A stretch of DNA of 64,000 nt from Candidatus Polarisedimenticolia bacterium (lineage in GTDB: Bacteria; Acidobacteriota; Polarisedimenticolia; JACPZX01; DASXTC01): NCBI GenBank assembly GCA_035281445.1, contig DATEEA010000180.1, positions 4,909 through 68,908 on the forward strand, read 5' to 3'. Below, one piece after another: positions 16,192-25,492 of the stretch. A model generated the notes under the pieces. That model saw only the letters and a list, made by a program, of their open reading frames with translations. It ran no database searches and had not been told where the DNA came from. The stretch's first letter is position 1. Each line of letters opens with the position of its first letter. The position numbers and the translations under genes were made by a program.

Positions 16192-17885
16192 GACCGCGCA
16201 CCCGGATCCTCTTCGCCGCCGGCCTGCTGGCCGTCGCCGCGGCCCTGGCGGCGCCCCCGCCCCCCGCCGCGCGGCCCCAGGATGTCCCGATCCCCGACCT
16301 GTCCACCGAGGACGGGTTGCGGCGGGTGCTCGACGATCTGGAGCAACGCTGGGAGCAGGCCGCTCGCCGCGTGGGCGCGGCGGTGGCGGGCAGGCTGGCC
16401 GGCAAGGCGCAGGACGATCATCGGGCGGAGCTCGAGGCGTGGGAGAGTCTGGCGGCGGCCTACGACGATCCTCGCCTCGAGGCGGTCCTCTCCCGCTGGC
16501 TGCACCGCCGGACGGTCACCCGGGACCCGGCGCTGACGCGCCGGGTGCATCTGTGGGCGGTCACCCGCCGGGCGGCCCAGGTGGAGCTCGACCCCCAGGT
16601 GCGGCGTCGCACCCTCGAGTTGTCCGAAAGGCTGGGCCGCTTCCCCTACACCCTCGACGGCCGCGAGGCCTCCCGCGAGGAGCTGGAGCGGATCCTCAGG
16701 ACGTCGGCGGACCGCGCGCGCCGCAAGCGCGCCTGGCTGGCTCTGGCCGAAGCCGGCCGGCAGCTGCAGCAGGACGTGAAGGCGCTGGTGCGGCTGCGCG
16801 CGGTGAAGGCCCGGGGGACCATCACGGAGTACTTCCACCATCTCGTCTACGAAGCCAACGACATCGACCAGACCGTCGTCTACTCCAGCGGCGAGCGCGC
16901 CGCCGGCCGGACCAGGCAGATGCAGGAGTCGCTGCTGTCGCGCCTGCGGGAGACTCTGGGGGTGGAGGCCCTGGATCCGTGGGATCTCGACCATGCCATC
17001 GAGGTCCGCTCCCGCCGGCGGCTGGCGGGGACGGGCGTGCCCGAGCTGGACGGGGCGGAACGGTCGGCGGCGACGGCGCGCACGGTGCTGCGGGCGATCG
17101 GCTTCCAGCAGGAGCCCGAGGCCGTCCTGGTCCCGCTGCTGCCGGCCCCGGGGATCGGCCTCCCGGTGGAGATCCCCGGGCGGCACGCGACGCTGCTGCG
17201 CCCTCCGCCCACCGCCAGGACGGTCCTGTTCGAGGCGGGCCGGGCGCTCCAGACGGCCTCCACCCGCGCCGAGGCGCCCCTGCTCAAGGGATACCCCTGG
17301 ATCCCCGGCGCGCGCAACGCCGTGTACGACGAGGCGATGGGAGAGGTGATGGCGGCGTGGCTGCACGATCCGCTGGTGCTGCGCGAGGCCCTGGGGATGA
17401 CTCCGGCTCAGGCCGAGGCCTATCTCGAGGACCTCAAGGAGCGCGAGCTGCTGGCCTGGAGGCGCCGGCTGCTGGATCAAGGATTCGAGTTCACCATGTA
17501 CGTGAACCCCGACGCGGATCTCGACGAGCGCTGGCGCCTGCTCTACTTCAAGTCGATCGGTCTGAAGCTCGACCCGTCGCTCCCCCTCCCCTGGCCGGCG
17601 ACCTGGGCCTACATCGAAGCCCCGGGCACTTCCATCAACGGGCTGCTGGCCCCCGCGGTGGCCCAGGAGGTGCACGCCCTGCTGCGCGAGAAGCTCGGCG
17701 ACGGGAGGGTGCGCGAAGGAAGGGCGGCGGCGTATCTGATCGAGGCCTGCTTCTCCGGCGGGGAGTCGCTGCCGCTGGGCGAGAGGCTGGCCCGGTCCAC
17801 CACCCAGGGGTACGAGATGGGGCGCTACCTGGAGTGGCTGGGAGCGCCGTCGCCGGCGCCGCGAAGCGCCGGCCCCCCGCGCTGA
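16188..17885 (+). CDS. Hypothetical exported protein (565 aa)
   Basis: ATG 16188 overlaps the symporter stop (ATGA). Signal peptide 'MRPRTRILFAAGLLAVAAALAAPPPPAA'. Normal composition, no HExxH, domain not recognised. Upstream part of the 862-aa track ORF rejected. Confidence 0.6.
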   Translation: MRPRTRILFAAGLLAVAAALAAPPPPAARPQDVPIPDLSTEDGLRRVLDDLEQRWEQAARRVGAAVAGRLAGKAQDDHRAELEAWESLAAAYDDPRLEAVLSRWLHRRTVTRDPALTRRVHLWAVTRRAAQVELDPQVRRRTLELSERLGRFPYTLDGREASREELERILRTSADRARRKRAWLALAEAGRQLQQDVKALVRLRAVKARGTITEYFHHLVYEANDIDQTVVYSSGERAAGRTRQMQESLLSRLRETLGVEALDPWDLDHAIEVRSRRRLAGTGVPELDGAERSAATARTVLRAIGFQQEPEAVLVPLLPAPGIGLPVEIPGRHATLLRPPPTARTVLFEAGRALQTASTRAEAPLLKGYPWIPGARNAVYDEAMGEVMAAWLHDPLVLREALGMTPAQAEAYLEDLKERELLAWRRRLLDQGFEFTMYVNPDADLDERWRLLYFKSIGLKLDPSLPLPWPATWAYIEAPGTSINGLLAPAVAQEVHALLREKLGDGRVREGRAAAYLIEACFSGGESLPLGERLARSTTQGYEMGRYLEWLGAPSPAPRSAGPPR

Positions 17886-17898
17886 CGCCCGGCGCCGC

Positions 17899-18903
17899 TC
17901 AGACGGGCGGGCGTGAGGGCCAGATGTACCAGGTGCCGTGAGCGGAGGCCAGGACCTTCCCGCCCGCGTCCACGATCTCCCCTTCGGCGAAGGCGGCCGA
18001 GCGGCCGCGCTTGACCAGCCTCCCGCGCGCGACGGCCGCGCCCCGGCGCAGGGGCTCCCGGAACTGCACCGACAGCTCCAGGGTGGCGCACCACTCCTGA
18101 GGGGCGATGCCCGACACCACCGCGCCCCCCAGCGCCGTGTCCAGCAGCGACATCGCCGCACCTCCATGGGCGACGCCTCGCTGGTTCAGCATCCTGGAAG
18201 TCACCAGCAGCTCGTACGCGGCGCGGCCCTGCTCCCGCTCCAGGCAGCGTATCCCGAACCAGCGGTTGTAGGGCGTCACGGCGGCCGCCGGCGCCCCGGG
18301 GGCGGAGGCGCGGGCCAGAGCCTCCTCCACCATGAACAGCCGATCGTTGCCGTGGAACATCTCGTCTCCCACGAAGAAGGTCGGAGCCCCGAAGACGCCC
18401 CGGCGGGCCGCCTCCTCCACCTCGCCGCGCAGCCACTCCTTCACCTCCGTGCGCCGCGTGGATTCCATGAAGCCGTCCGGATCGAGCCCCAGGGACGCGG
18501 CCACGCCGCGCAGCACCTCGTGCTCCCCCACGTCCTGACCCTGGCCCCAGCAGACGTCGAAGACCTTGCGGCAGTAAGCGCCCCCTCTGCCCGCCTCGCG
18601 GGCGGCATGGAAGCCCCTCGCGGCGGCCAGGCTGTGCACCGGCACGATGGGAGGAATCTTCAGCGGCACGCCGTAGCGCGCCGCCCAGCGCTCCATGTCC
18701 AGGCGGGCGTAGGCCCACTCGGGTCCGCGCTGGAAGAGGGGGACCTTTCCGATCCGCTGGAAGATCGGCCCCAGGAGGATCGGCCGCCACGACACCTCCG
18801 CGCGGTGGCGGGCGCAGATCTCCTCGATCTGCGTGGCGGCCAGGTAGGAGTAGCTGGAGGAGAAGTCGAAGAAGAACTCCACCCGATGGGCCGGCCCGCT
18901 CAC
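17899..18903 (-). CDS. 2-hydroxychromene-2-carboxylate isomerase (DsbA-like) fused to PaaI/hotdog thioesterase domain
   Basis: GTG at 18901-18903 overlaps the radical-SAM stop (GTGA) and has 'ggtggga' upstream. N-terminal 'VEFFFDFSSSYSYLAATQIEEI' is typical of the HCCA isomerase family. C-terminal 'LNQRGVAHGGAAMSLLDTALG...GKVLASAHGTWYI' is a hotdog thioesterase. The 123-aa Gly/Arg extension in the track is rejected. Confidence 0.7.
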   Translation of the reverse strand: MSGPAHRVEFFFDFSSSYSYLAATQIEEICARHRAEVSWRPILLGPIFQRIGKVPLFQRGPEWAYARLDMERWAARYGVPLKIPPIVPVHSLAAARGFHAAREAGRGGAYCRKVFDVCWGQGQDVGEHEVLRGVAASLGLDPDGFMESTRRTEVKEWLRGEVEEAARRGVFGAPTFFVGDEMFHGNDRLFMVEEALARASAPGAPAAAVTPYNRWFGIRCLEREQGRAAYELLVTSRMLNQRGVAHGGAAMSLLDTALGGAVVSGIAPQEWCATLELSVQFREPLRRGAAVARGRLVKRGRSAAFAEGEIVDAGGKVLASAHGTWYIWPSRPPV

Positions 18904-20516
18904 GGTCCCACCGTGACGGCGCGGCGGGCGCGCCGTCCAGGGCCACGCCCGGGGACGGGACCCAGCGCCTCCCGCATCGAGGCGATCAGGCTGCTGCCCG
19001 GGACGGACGCGGCCGCCTGGTCCAGGCAGAGCCGGGCTCCCTCCTGGTCGCCGGTGGCCGCCAGCACGCGGGCCGTCCCCATCAGCGCCCAGGGATGGCC
19101 GGGATGGAGCTCCAGGACCGCCTCGTACTCCCGCAGCGCCGGGCCGGCCCGCCCCTCCTCCTCGTAGGCCTCGGCCGAAGCCAGCCAGGCCGGCCACGCG
19201 CCGGGGAGCCGCCGCTTGTGCTCTTCCAGCTCGGCCCGCGTGTAGCGCGCGGCCCTGCCGATCCTCCCGCACATCCGGGTGAGGCGGCGGAAGGAACGCT
19301 TCGCCTTCTCCCCTCCCATGGCGTAGAGGGTGTCGCGGGGCTCCGCGATCCAGTCGTCGTCGGCGATCCGGCCGGCCCGCTTCATCTCCTCGTAGAGATG
19401 CGTGCCCGGGAAGACGGCCAGCGGCGCCACGATACCGTCGTGCGGGCGGATCTCCTCCAGCAGCTCCTGGGTGAGGCGGACGTCCTCCTCGGTCTCTTCG
19501 GGGATCCCGCTGATCAGGTAGATCGACAGCGTCAGGCCGACCCGGCGGGTGGCCGCGGCCGCCTGCCGTATCTCCTCCACGCTGATGTCCTTGGCCAGGC
19601 GGGCCAGCAGCGCCGGTGAGCCCGACTCGATGCCGTACTGGATGTGGTCGCAGCCGGCCCGCCGCATCCAGGCCAGCCTCTCTTCGTCGATGGCGTTGAC
19701 CCTCGACTGGCAGCTCCAGCGCACGTGCAATCCCGCGTCGATGAGCTGGCGGCAGAACTCGATCACCCGTCTCTTGTTGACGGTGAAGGTGTCGTCGCGC
19801 ACGTTGACGAAGAGAAGTCCCAGCGTCTCCTTCAGGTACCGGATCTCCTCGACCATGTGGCGGGCCGAGCGGAACCGCATCCTGGTCCCCCAGAAGTCAG
19901 GCGTGTTGCAGAAGGTGCAGCGCGCCGGGCAGCCGCGCGAGGTGATGACGAACGACGACTCCGCCTCCACGTCGAGGTGGTGCCCGGCGTAGTGCGCCGC
20001 GGGGAACGGGAGCGAGTCGAGGTCGGCCACCGTGGGGCGGGGCGGCGTCGGCCGGGGCGTCCCGCCGGCGCCGCGCACCATCAGTCCGGCGACGCCGGAC
20101 AGGGGCTGTCCCGCCTCCGCCGCGCGCACCGCGTCCAGCATCGTAAGCTCCCCTTCCCCCAGCGCCACGGCGTCCACCTCGGGATGGTGGCGCAGGATGG
20201 AAGCTCCCAGATGCGTGGCGTGGGGACCTCCCACGATGACCACGCAGCGCGGGTTGGCCTTCCTGGCCAGCGCGGCCAGCCTCAGCCCCGCGTGGCGGTT
20301 GAATGTGTACAGGGTGATCCCGGCCACCCCGGGCCGCTCGCGGCGCAGCAGGCGCGCGGCCTCGGCCCAGGAGACCCGGCTGAGGTTGGCCAGGGAGGAG
20401 TCGACCCCGTGCGCGCGCAGCGTGGCGTGGATCCAGCCGAGGCCGACCGGCATCATCCTGGCGAAGTAGTCCCCCGCCCCGGGCCGGCCCGACTTGTAGA
20501 GGAGCAGGACTTTCAC
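18900..20516 (-). CDS. B12-binding domain-containing radical SAM protein (class B)
   Basis: 538 aa. N-terminal cobalamin-binding Rossmann region ('VVIVGGPHATH', 'ALGEGE'). Radical SAM 'SRGCPARCTFCN' (CxxxCxxC). C-terminal TPR-like helices. Overlaps the ogt stop (ATGA). Confidence 0.85.
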   Translation of the reverse strand: MKVLLLYKSGRPGAGDYFARMMPVGLGWIHATLRAHGVDSSLANLSRVSWAEAARLLRRERPGVAGITLYTFNRHAGLRLAALARKANPRCVVIVGGPHATHLGASILRHHPEVDAVALGEGELTMLDAVRAAEAGQPLSGVAGLMVRGAGGTPRPTPPRPTVADLDSLPFPAAHYAGHHLDVEAESSFVITSRGCPARCTFCNTPDFWGTRMRFRSARHMVEEIRYLKETLGLLFVNVRDDTFTVNKRRVIEFCRQLIDAGLHVRWSCQSRVNAIDEERLAWMRRAGCDHIQYGIESGSPALLARLAKDISVEEIRQAAAATRRVGLTLSIYLISGIPEETEEDVRLTQELLEEIRPHDGIVAPLAVFPGTHLYEEMKRAGRIADDDWIAEPRDTLYAMGGEKAKRSFRRLTRMCGRIGRAARYTRAELEEHKRRLPGAWPAWLASAEAYEEEGRAGPALREYEAVLELHPGHPWALMGTARVLAATGDQEGARLCLDQAAASVPGSSLIASMREALGPVPGRGPGRRARRAVTVGP

Positions 20517-21076
20517 GGGGCCAGCCTCGGCGCCCCTTCCAGCCGCAGCAAGGCGCGCTTGCGCGCCAGGCCTCCCCCGAACCCGCCGAGCCTCGGCCCC
20601 GAGGGGCCGGAGGCGACGACCCGGTGGCAGGGGATGACGATCGGCAAGGGGTTGACGTGCAGAGCCCCGCCCACGGCCCGGGCGGCGAGGGGGCGCCCGG
20701 CCTGCCGCGCCAGCTCGCCGTACGTGACGATGGCGCCATGAGGGATCGTGGCGGCGGCTTCCAGGACGCGGCGGGTGAACGGCGAGAGCCCTTCCAGCGA
20801 GAAGGCCACGCTGAAGCGGGTGCGGCGCCCTGCGAAGTACTCCGCGAGCTGGGACGCCGCGGCGCTCCGCGCCGTCCGCCCCGCCGGCACCACGCGGGAG
20901 CCGGGCAGGCGCCGCGCCAGGTCCCGCCGCAGCGGGCCCGCCGAGGGCCCGAGGTGGATCCCGGCCAGGCGGCGCCCTTCCTCCGCGATCCAGACGGCCC
21001 CCAGGGGGGTGTCGAGACGCCGGAGGGCGATGGTCCTGGGGCGAAGCGGCGCAGTGGCCTTGCCTGGGGCGCGCAT
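20513..21076 (-). CDS. ogt: Methylated-DNA--protein-cysteine methyltransferase
   Basis: 187 aa. Active site 'IVIPCHRVV'. 'YGELA' helix-turn-helix region. Confidence 0.85.
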   Translation of the reverse strand: MRAPGKATAPLRPRTIALRRLDTPLGAVWIAEEGRRLAGIHLGPSAGPLRRDLARRLPGSRVVPAGRTARSAAASQLAEYFAGRRTRFSVAFSLEGLSPFTRRVLEAAATIPHGAIVTYGELARQAGRPLAARAVGGALHVNPLPIVIPCHRVVASGPSGPRLGGFGGGLARKRALLRLEGAPRLAP

Positions 21077-21184
21077 GGGGACCTCATTCTAGCAGGCGGC
21101 CGGTGAGCCGTTGCGGCGCCCGCCGAGCCCTCCATCCATAATCAGGGCTCCGGAAGGCGCAACCGGAAGTATATTTGGACCGCC

Positions 21185-22291
21185 ATGCATCGTCGGCGTG
21201 CTGTCACGGCCTTCCTCGCCACGGCCATCCTGGGCCCCGGCGGCGCCGAGGCCAAGGACGTGAAGGGCTTGTGGTACGTCTCCGCGTCGGCCGGATTCCA
21301 CGTCACCTCCGACGACATCCGGAGCAACGCGTCGATGCCCTCGGACCCGCGGCCTTCGGACTTCCAGAAACGCGCAGGGAAGGTCGAGGACGGTGCCGGC
21401 TATGCGTTGTCGGCGGGTTACGGGATGAGCGACGTCCTGGCGTTGCAGCTCGACGCGGGATGGTTCCAGACCGACGTCGGGCCCGTCGACGCGTTCCTCG
21501 AGGACCGGTTCCCGGTTCCGGTCAACCCCCAGACGCCGAACTTCCTGACCGGCATCGAGAACCGGCGGCTCTCCTATCCCGTCGCCGCGGGGTCGCTCCT
21601 CCAGATCCCCGTGTCCCTCTCCCTGGTCGGAAGGTTCCGGAAGGACCGGACGGTGAATCCCTTCCTGGGTGCCGGGGCCGGCATGATCCACGCCGAGTTC
21701 GAGCCGGACGACGAGCTCCACGCGCTCAACGACCGGCTGGCCGGCCTGAGGGTGCGCTCGGTCGCCGACGAGAACGGAGCTCCGCTCGTCACGGCCTCAC
21801 CCTTGACCCATGCGCAGGGTCTGGTCTCCATGCCCTTCCGGCTCCTGCCTTCCGCCGAAGACGCGTTCGCCTGGCACCTGCTCGCGGGGATCGAGTGGTT
21901 CGCCGGCGAGAGGGTGAGCGTGGTGGCGTCGGTCCGCGCGGTGTTCACCAAGGGCGCCGTCGACCTGCGCTTCGACCGCCGGGAGGATCAGATCACCCTC
22001 TCCATCTTCTCCGAGAAGCTTTTCCGGCCCGACGGCTCCCTCCGGATCTTCAACGACGCCGGCCTGTTCCCCAACCCCCTCATCGATCCGGACGACGCAT
22101 CGCGGGGGACCTACAAGTGCTCCCCCGGCAACGTCGGCGATTTCGATGGAGACGGCCACAGAGACGATCTGTGCTACAGGAACGAGCCCTTCAGCGAGTT
22201 CGACGACCCCACGGGGACGTTCCTCATCCAGGGCGGGGAGATCGAGCTGGGCGGCGCCGCGGCCTCGCTCGGACTCCGCTTCCACTTCTGA
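21185..22291 (+). CDS. Outer-membrane beta-barrel protein (OmpA/OmpW-like barrel, C-terminal Phe)
   Basis: 368 aa. Signal peptide 'MHRRRAVTAFLATAILGPGGAEA'. Alternating amphipathic strands. Terminal 'LGLRFHF'. Lies 11 nt upstream of the TonB receptor gene. Confidence 0.65.
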   Translation: MHRRRAVTAFLATAILGPGGAEAKDVKGLWYVSASAGFHVTSDDIRSNASMPSDPRPSDFQKRAGKVEDGAGYALSAGYGMSDVLALQLDAGWFQTDVGPVDAFLEDRFPVPVNPQTPNFLTGIENRRLSYPVAAGSLLQIPVSLSLVGRFRKDRTVNPFLGAGAGMIHAEFEPDDELHALNDRLAGLRVRSVADENGAPLVTASPLTHAQGLVSMPFRLLPSAEDAFAWHLLAGIEWFAGERVSVVASVRAVFTKGAVDLRFDRREDQITLSIFSEKLFRPDGSLRIFNDAGLFPNPLIDPDDASRGTYKCSPGNVGDFDGDGHRDDLCYRNEPFSEFDDPTGTFLIQGGEIELGGAAASLGLRFHF

Positions 22292-22302
22292 AGGGACCCG
22301 GC

Positions 22303-25300
22303 ATGAAGCTCCCGGCCTCCATCCTGCTCTTCGCCGCCCTGGCGGACGAGGGGACGATCCCGCTCCGGGGCAAGGTCGCCGACGACGCCGGCGCCCCCCT
22401 CGCCGGCGTGGAGATCGTGGTGGGGGATCGGGAGCTGCGGCGCACGTGGGCCAGGACGATGAGCGGACCGGACGGAAGATTCGAAGCCGCGCTGCCCGGG
22501 GAAGCGGCCGAGGTCTTCGTCCGGGCGGCTCTCGAGGGCTACGCCACGGTTGTCCTGGGGCCTCTCGACGCGCAGGCGGGCCGGTCGCCGCTGTCCGTGA
22601 CGCTCACCCCCACGGCGAAGCTGCGCGAGTCGGTGCGCGTGGAGGCGGAGGCGTCCGCCGTCCGCCTCGATGCCTCCACTTCCTCCAGCACGTTCAACCA
22701 GGAGCTCATCGAGGCGGTCCCGCTGGTGGGCCGCCAGTTCTCGGACCTGCTGGCGCTGGCTCCCGGAGTGACCGACACCGACGGCGACGGGCGGTTCAAC
22801 GTCCGTGGCGCCCGGGACACCGGGCTGCAGCTCCGCATCGACGGGACGAACGCCACCGACCCCCTCACCGGAGCCTTCGCCCAGACCGTCAACCTGGAGG
22901 CGATCCAGGAAGTGGAGGTCATCACCGGCGCGGCCCCCGCGGAGTTCGGCCGCAGCGACGGCGGCTTCGCCAACGTCGTGACCAAGTCGGGAGGCAACGA
23001 GACAGACGGCTCATTGAAGCTGTTCGTCCGATCGAACTTCCTGGACGGGGCCGGCGCCAACAGCGAGCGGCGGGAGGAGCCGTCCTTCAGCGACACCGTC
23101 GTGACCGCCACGCTGGGAGGGTCCGTGGTCAGAGACCGGCTCTGGTACTTCGCGGCGGTGGATCGCCTGGACAACGAGACGCCGGTCGCCCTGGCCGACG
23201 GCCCGTTCGTGATCCGGAAGGCCGAGGGCTGGAGAGGCTTCGGCAAGCTGACCTTGCAGGCGACCCCGCAGAGCAAGCTCGCCTTCCAGGTGAACTTCGA
23301 TCCCCTGCGGACGAGCGGAAACCACATCGGGCCGGTGATACGGCCGGAGACGGACTTCTTCATGGAGACCGGGGGGACTCTCTCCCAGGCCACCTGGACC
23401 TCCATCGTCTCGCCGGATCTCCTCATGTCCACTCTCGTCTCCCGCCTGTCGGCCGGAACCGACATCGAGCCGGTGTCGGAGGCGTTCCGCAGTCTTCCCA
23501 TAGAGAGGGTCACCGTGGCCGGCTCGGAGATGTCCGTTCCGCTCCCGTGCACCCTGCGGAACTGCCGGGGGGAGGACTCGCTGCACCGGTTCTTCCAGGA
23601 GGACACGCTGGGAACGAGCCGGACCCGCGGTCCGGTGACCGAAGGGGGCGCCTACAGCATCCGCGGCAACCAGGGGCTCAACCGGACCACCCTCAAGACC
23701 GATCTCGCCTACACCGTCGAGGACCGGATGGGCCAGCACTTCATCAAGTCGGGCTTCGAGGCCTCGGCGGAGCGGTACGAGGAAGAGGCGGTGCACAACC
23801 CGATCCTGACCGACCGATCGTGCGAGTTCAGGGACTGCGGGATCCCGCTCTTCCCCGTTCCTCCTCTCGGGACGCGCTTCGGCACGCTTCTGCTGGAGGT
23901 CTTCGAGCCGGTCTCGGCCCGCCGCCACGCCGACGGTCTGCACGTGGGCTTCTACGCGCAGGACTCATGGAAGCCCCGGCCCAACCTGGCCTTCAACTTC
24001 GGCGTCCGCTTCGACCATGAGGAGGCGGACAGCACCGGGAGAACCCGCTTCAGCGCGCTGGAGGAGTCACGGGAGGCGCTCCGTCGGTTCGATCTGGTCT
24101 GCAACGCCGCCGGCCTGAGCTGCACCGCATCCAGGACCCCCGGCAGGCGCGATGGGGCCCTTCCCGCGGAACTCCGTCCGGCCCCCGGCGACCCCGCCCT
24201 GGAGCTCGACCGCAACGGCAACGGAGTGCTCGAGACTCACGAGATCGCCGCCATCAACGATCCGTTCACCCGGGGATCGGAGCTGATCCGCAACTCCTTC
24301 CACGTCTCCAACGACCATGCCGCTCCACGGCTGAACCTTTCCTGGGACCCGTTCTCCGACGGGCGGACCAAGTCGTTCGCGACCTGGGCCAGGTACCACG
24401 ACCGGCTGTTCCTGGCCACTCTGGCCACCGGCCAGCAGCCTTTCTCCTACACCGCGACCTGGCTTCTCTCGGGAGTCACCAACCAGGCCGAGGCCGGTGA
24501 GCTCTCCCTGCCGCTCTCCGATGCCGTCTCCATCTCGGAAGCGGACCGGGATCTGGAGACCCCCTTCACCGACGAATGGACCCTCGGGCTGGAGCGGGAG
24601 ATCGCTCCCGAGTGGTCGTTCGCAGTGAGCTACATCAGCCGCAAGGGGAGGAAGCTCCTTCAGGACGTGGACCGCAACCATATCACCTGCGATCAGTTCC
24701 AGGAGAGCTTCGGTGTCGACCCCAGCGACGTCTGCGGCGACGGCGGCCACCTGGAGCTGGACCGGTTCGGGTTCGTGGATCCCAACATGCCCACCGCGGT
24801 GTCGCGCCCGAACGGGGCCATCGATCTCTACCATCTCAACCCCTACTTCAACCAGATCCTCCGCGTGGAGAACGCCAACGGATCCAGCTACCGGGCCCTC
24901 GAGGTGAAGCTGCGGCGGCGCCTGAGGGACAACTGGCAGATGGAGCTGGCCTACACCTGCTCCCGGGCGCGGGGAGAAGCCGAATCGTTCGCCGACGTGG
25001 CGGGGAACGACCCGGCGGTGAGCGACCCGGTCCGAGGGTTCCTGGACTTCGATCAGCGGCATGTCCTCAAGTGGCATGGCATCACCCACCTGAAGCAAGG
25101 GGTGCTTCTGGGAGCGGTGCTGCAATGGGCGTCGGGGATCCCCTACAGCATCGTCCTCAACGTCGAAGACTACGACGACGCACGCACGGTCACGCCCCAG
25201 CGCGTGGTCTCGGTGACGGGCGAGAAGAACGACCAGCGCAACGAGTCGCAGGTCACCCTCAACCTGAGACTGGAGAAGCGGATCCGCGCCCGGACGGCGG

Positions 25301-25446
25301 AGTTGTCGGGGTTCATCGAGACGCAGAACATCCTGAGCTCCGATGATCTGGTCCTGCGGCAGGTCGACGCGCGCGGGGGGGACGCCATCGACGGCGAGCG
25401 GCGGTTCGGCCGCCGCTTCCAGATCGGCCTGGGGATCCTCTTCTGA
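22303..25446 (+). CDS. TonB-dependent receptor with N-terminal carboxypeptidase-regulatory-like domain
   Basis: ATG 22303, 'aaggga' SD. Signal peptide 'MKLPASILLFAALA'. CarbopepD_reg 'GKVADDAGAPLAGVEIVVGD...GRFEA'. Plug 'DASTSSSTFNQELIEAVP', 'LLALAPGV'. Terminal beta-barrel Phe. Upstream part of the 1423-aa track ORF is shadow. Confidence 0.85.
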   Translation: MKLPASILLFAALADEGTIPLRGKVADDAGAPLAGVEIVVGDRELRRTWARTMSGPDGRFEAALPGEAAEVFVRAALEGYATVVLGPLDAQAGRSPLSVTLTPTAKLRESVRVEAEASAVRLDASTSSSTFNQELIEAVPLVGRQFSDLLALAPGVTDTDGDGRFNVRGARDTGLQLRIDGTNATDPLTGAFAQTVNLEAIQEVEVITGAAPAEFGRSDGGFANVVTKSGGNETDGSLKLFVRSNFLDGAGANSERREEPSFSDTVVTATLGGSVVRDRLWYFAAVDRLDNETPVALADGPFVIRKAEGWRGFGKLTLQATPQSKLAFQVNFDPLRTSGNHIGPVIRPETDFFMETGGTLSQATWTSIVSPDLLMSTLVSRLSAGTDIEPVSEAFRSLPIERVTVAGSEMSVPLPCTLRNCRGEDSLHRFFQEDTLGTSRTRGPVTEGGAYSIRGNQGLNRTTLKTDLAYTVEDRMGQHFIKSGFEASAERYEEEAVHNPILTDRSCEFRDCGIPLFPVPPLGTRFGTLLLEVFEPVSARRHADGLHVGFYAQDSWKPRPNLAFNFGVRFDHEEADSTGRTRFSALEESREALRRFDLVCNAAGLSCTASRTPGRRDGALPAELRPAPGDPALELDRNGNGVLETHEIAAINDPFTRGSELIRNSFHVSNDHAAPRLNLSWDPFSDGRTKSFATWARYHDRLFLATLATGQQPFSYTATWLLSGVTNQAEAGELSLPLSDAVSISEADRDLETPFTDEWTLGLEREIAPEWSFAVSYISRKGRKLLQDVDRNHITCDQFQESFGVDPSDVCGDGGHLELDRFGFVDPNMPTAVSRPNGAIDLYHLNPYFNQILRVENANGSSYRALEVKLRRRLRDNWQMELAYTCSRARGEAESFADVAGNDPAVSDPVRGFLDFDQRHVLKWHGITHLKQGVLLGAVLQWASGIPYSIVLNVEDYDDARTVTPQRVVSVTGEKNDQRNESQVTLNLRLEKRIRARTAELSGFIETQNILSSDDLVLRQVDARGGDAIDGERRFGRRFQIGLGILF

Positions 25447-25492
25447 ACGGCCGGCGGACGCCTCGGCCGTCCCGGCGCGAAGAACGGTGCCG

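Noticed and set aside
16086-18167. 693-aa minus-strand ORF antisense to the 16188-17885 secreted-protein gene; also 16439-17941 (+), 17825-18946 (-), 17938-19167 (+), 19644-20741 (+), 19897-21135 (-)
   Set aside because: Shadow ORFs with Arg/Gly/Pro-dominated composition and no recognisable domains. The real genes occupy other frames or strands.
21175-22300. N-terminal 375 codons of the 1423-aa track ORF preceding the TonB receptor
   Set aside because: Out-of-frame read across the outer-membrane protein gene (21185-22291). The receptor has its own ATG at 22303 with SD and signal peptide.
25441-25492. Short hairpin ACGGCCG-10 nt-CGGCCGT between the convergent TonB receptor and hybrid kinase genes as a bidirectional terminator
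   Set aside because: Stem only 7 bp and no flanking T/A-run on either strand. Too weak to call.
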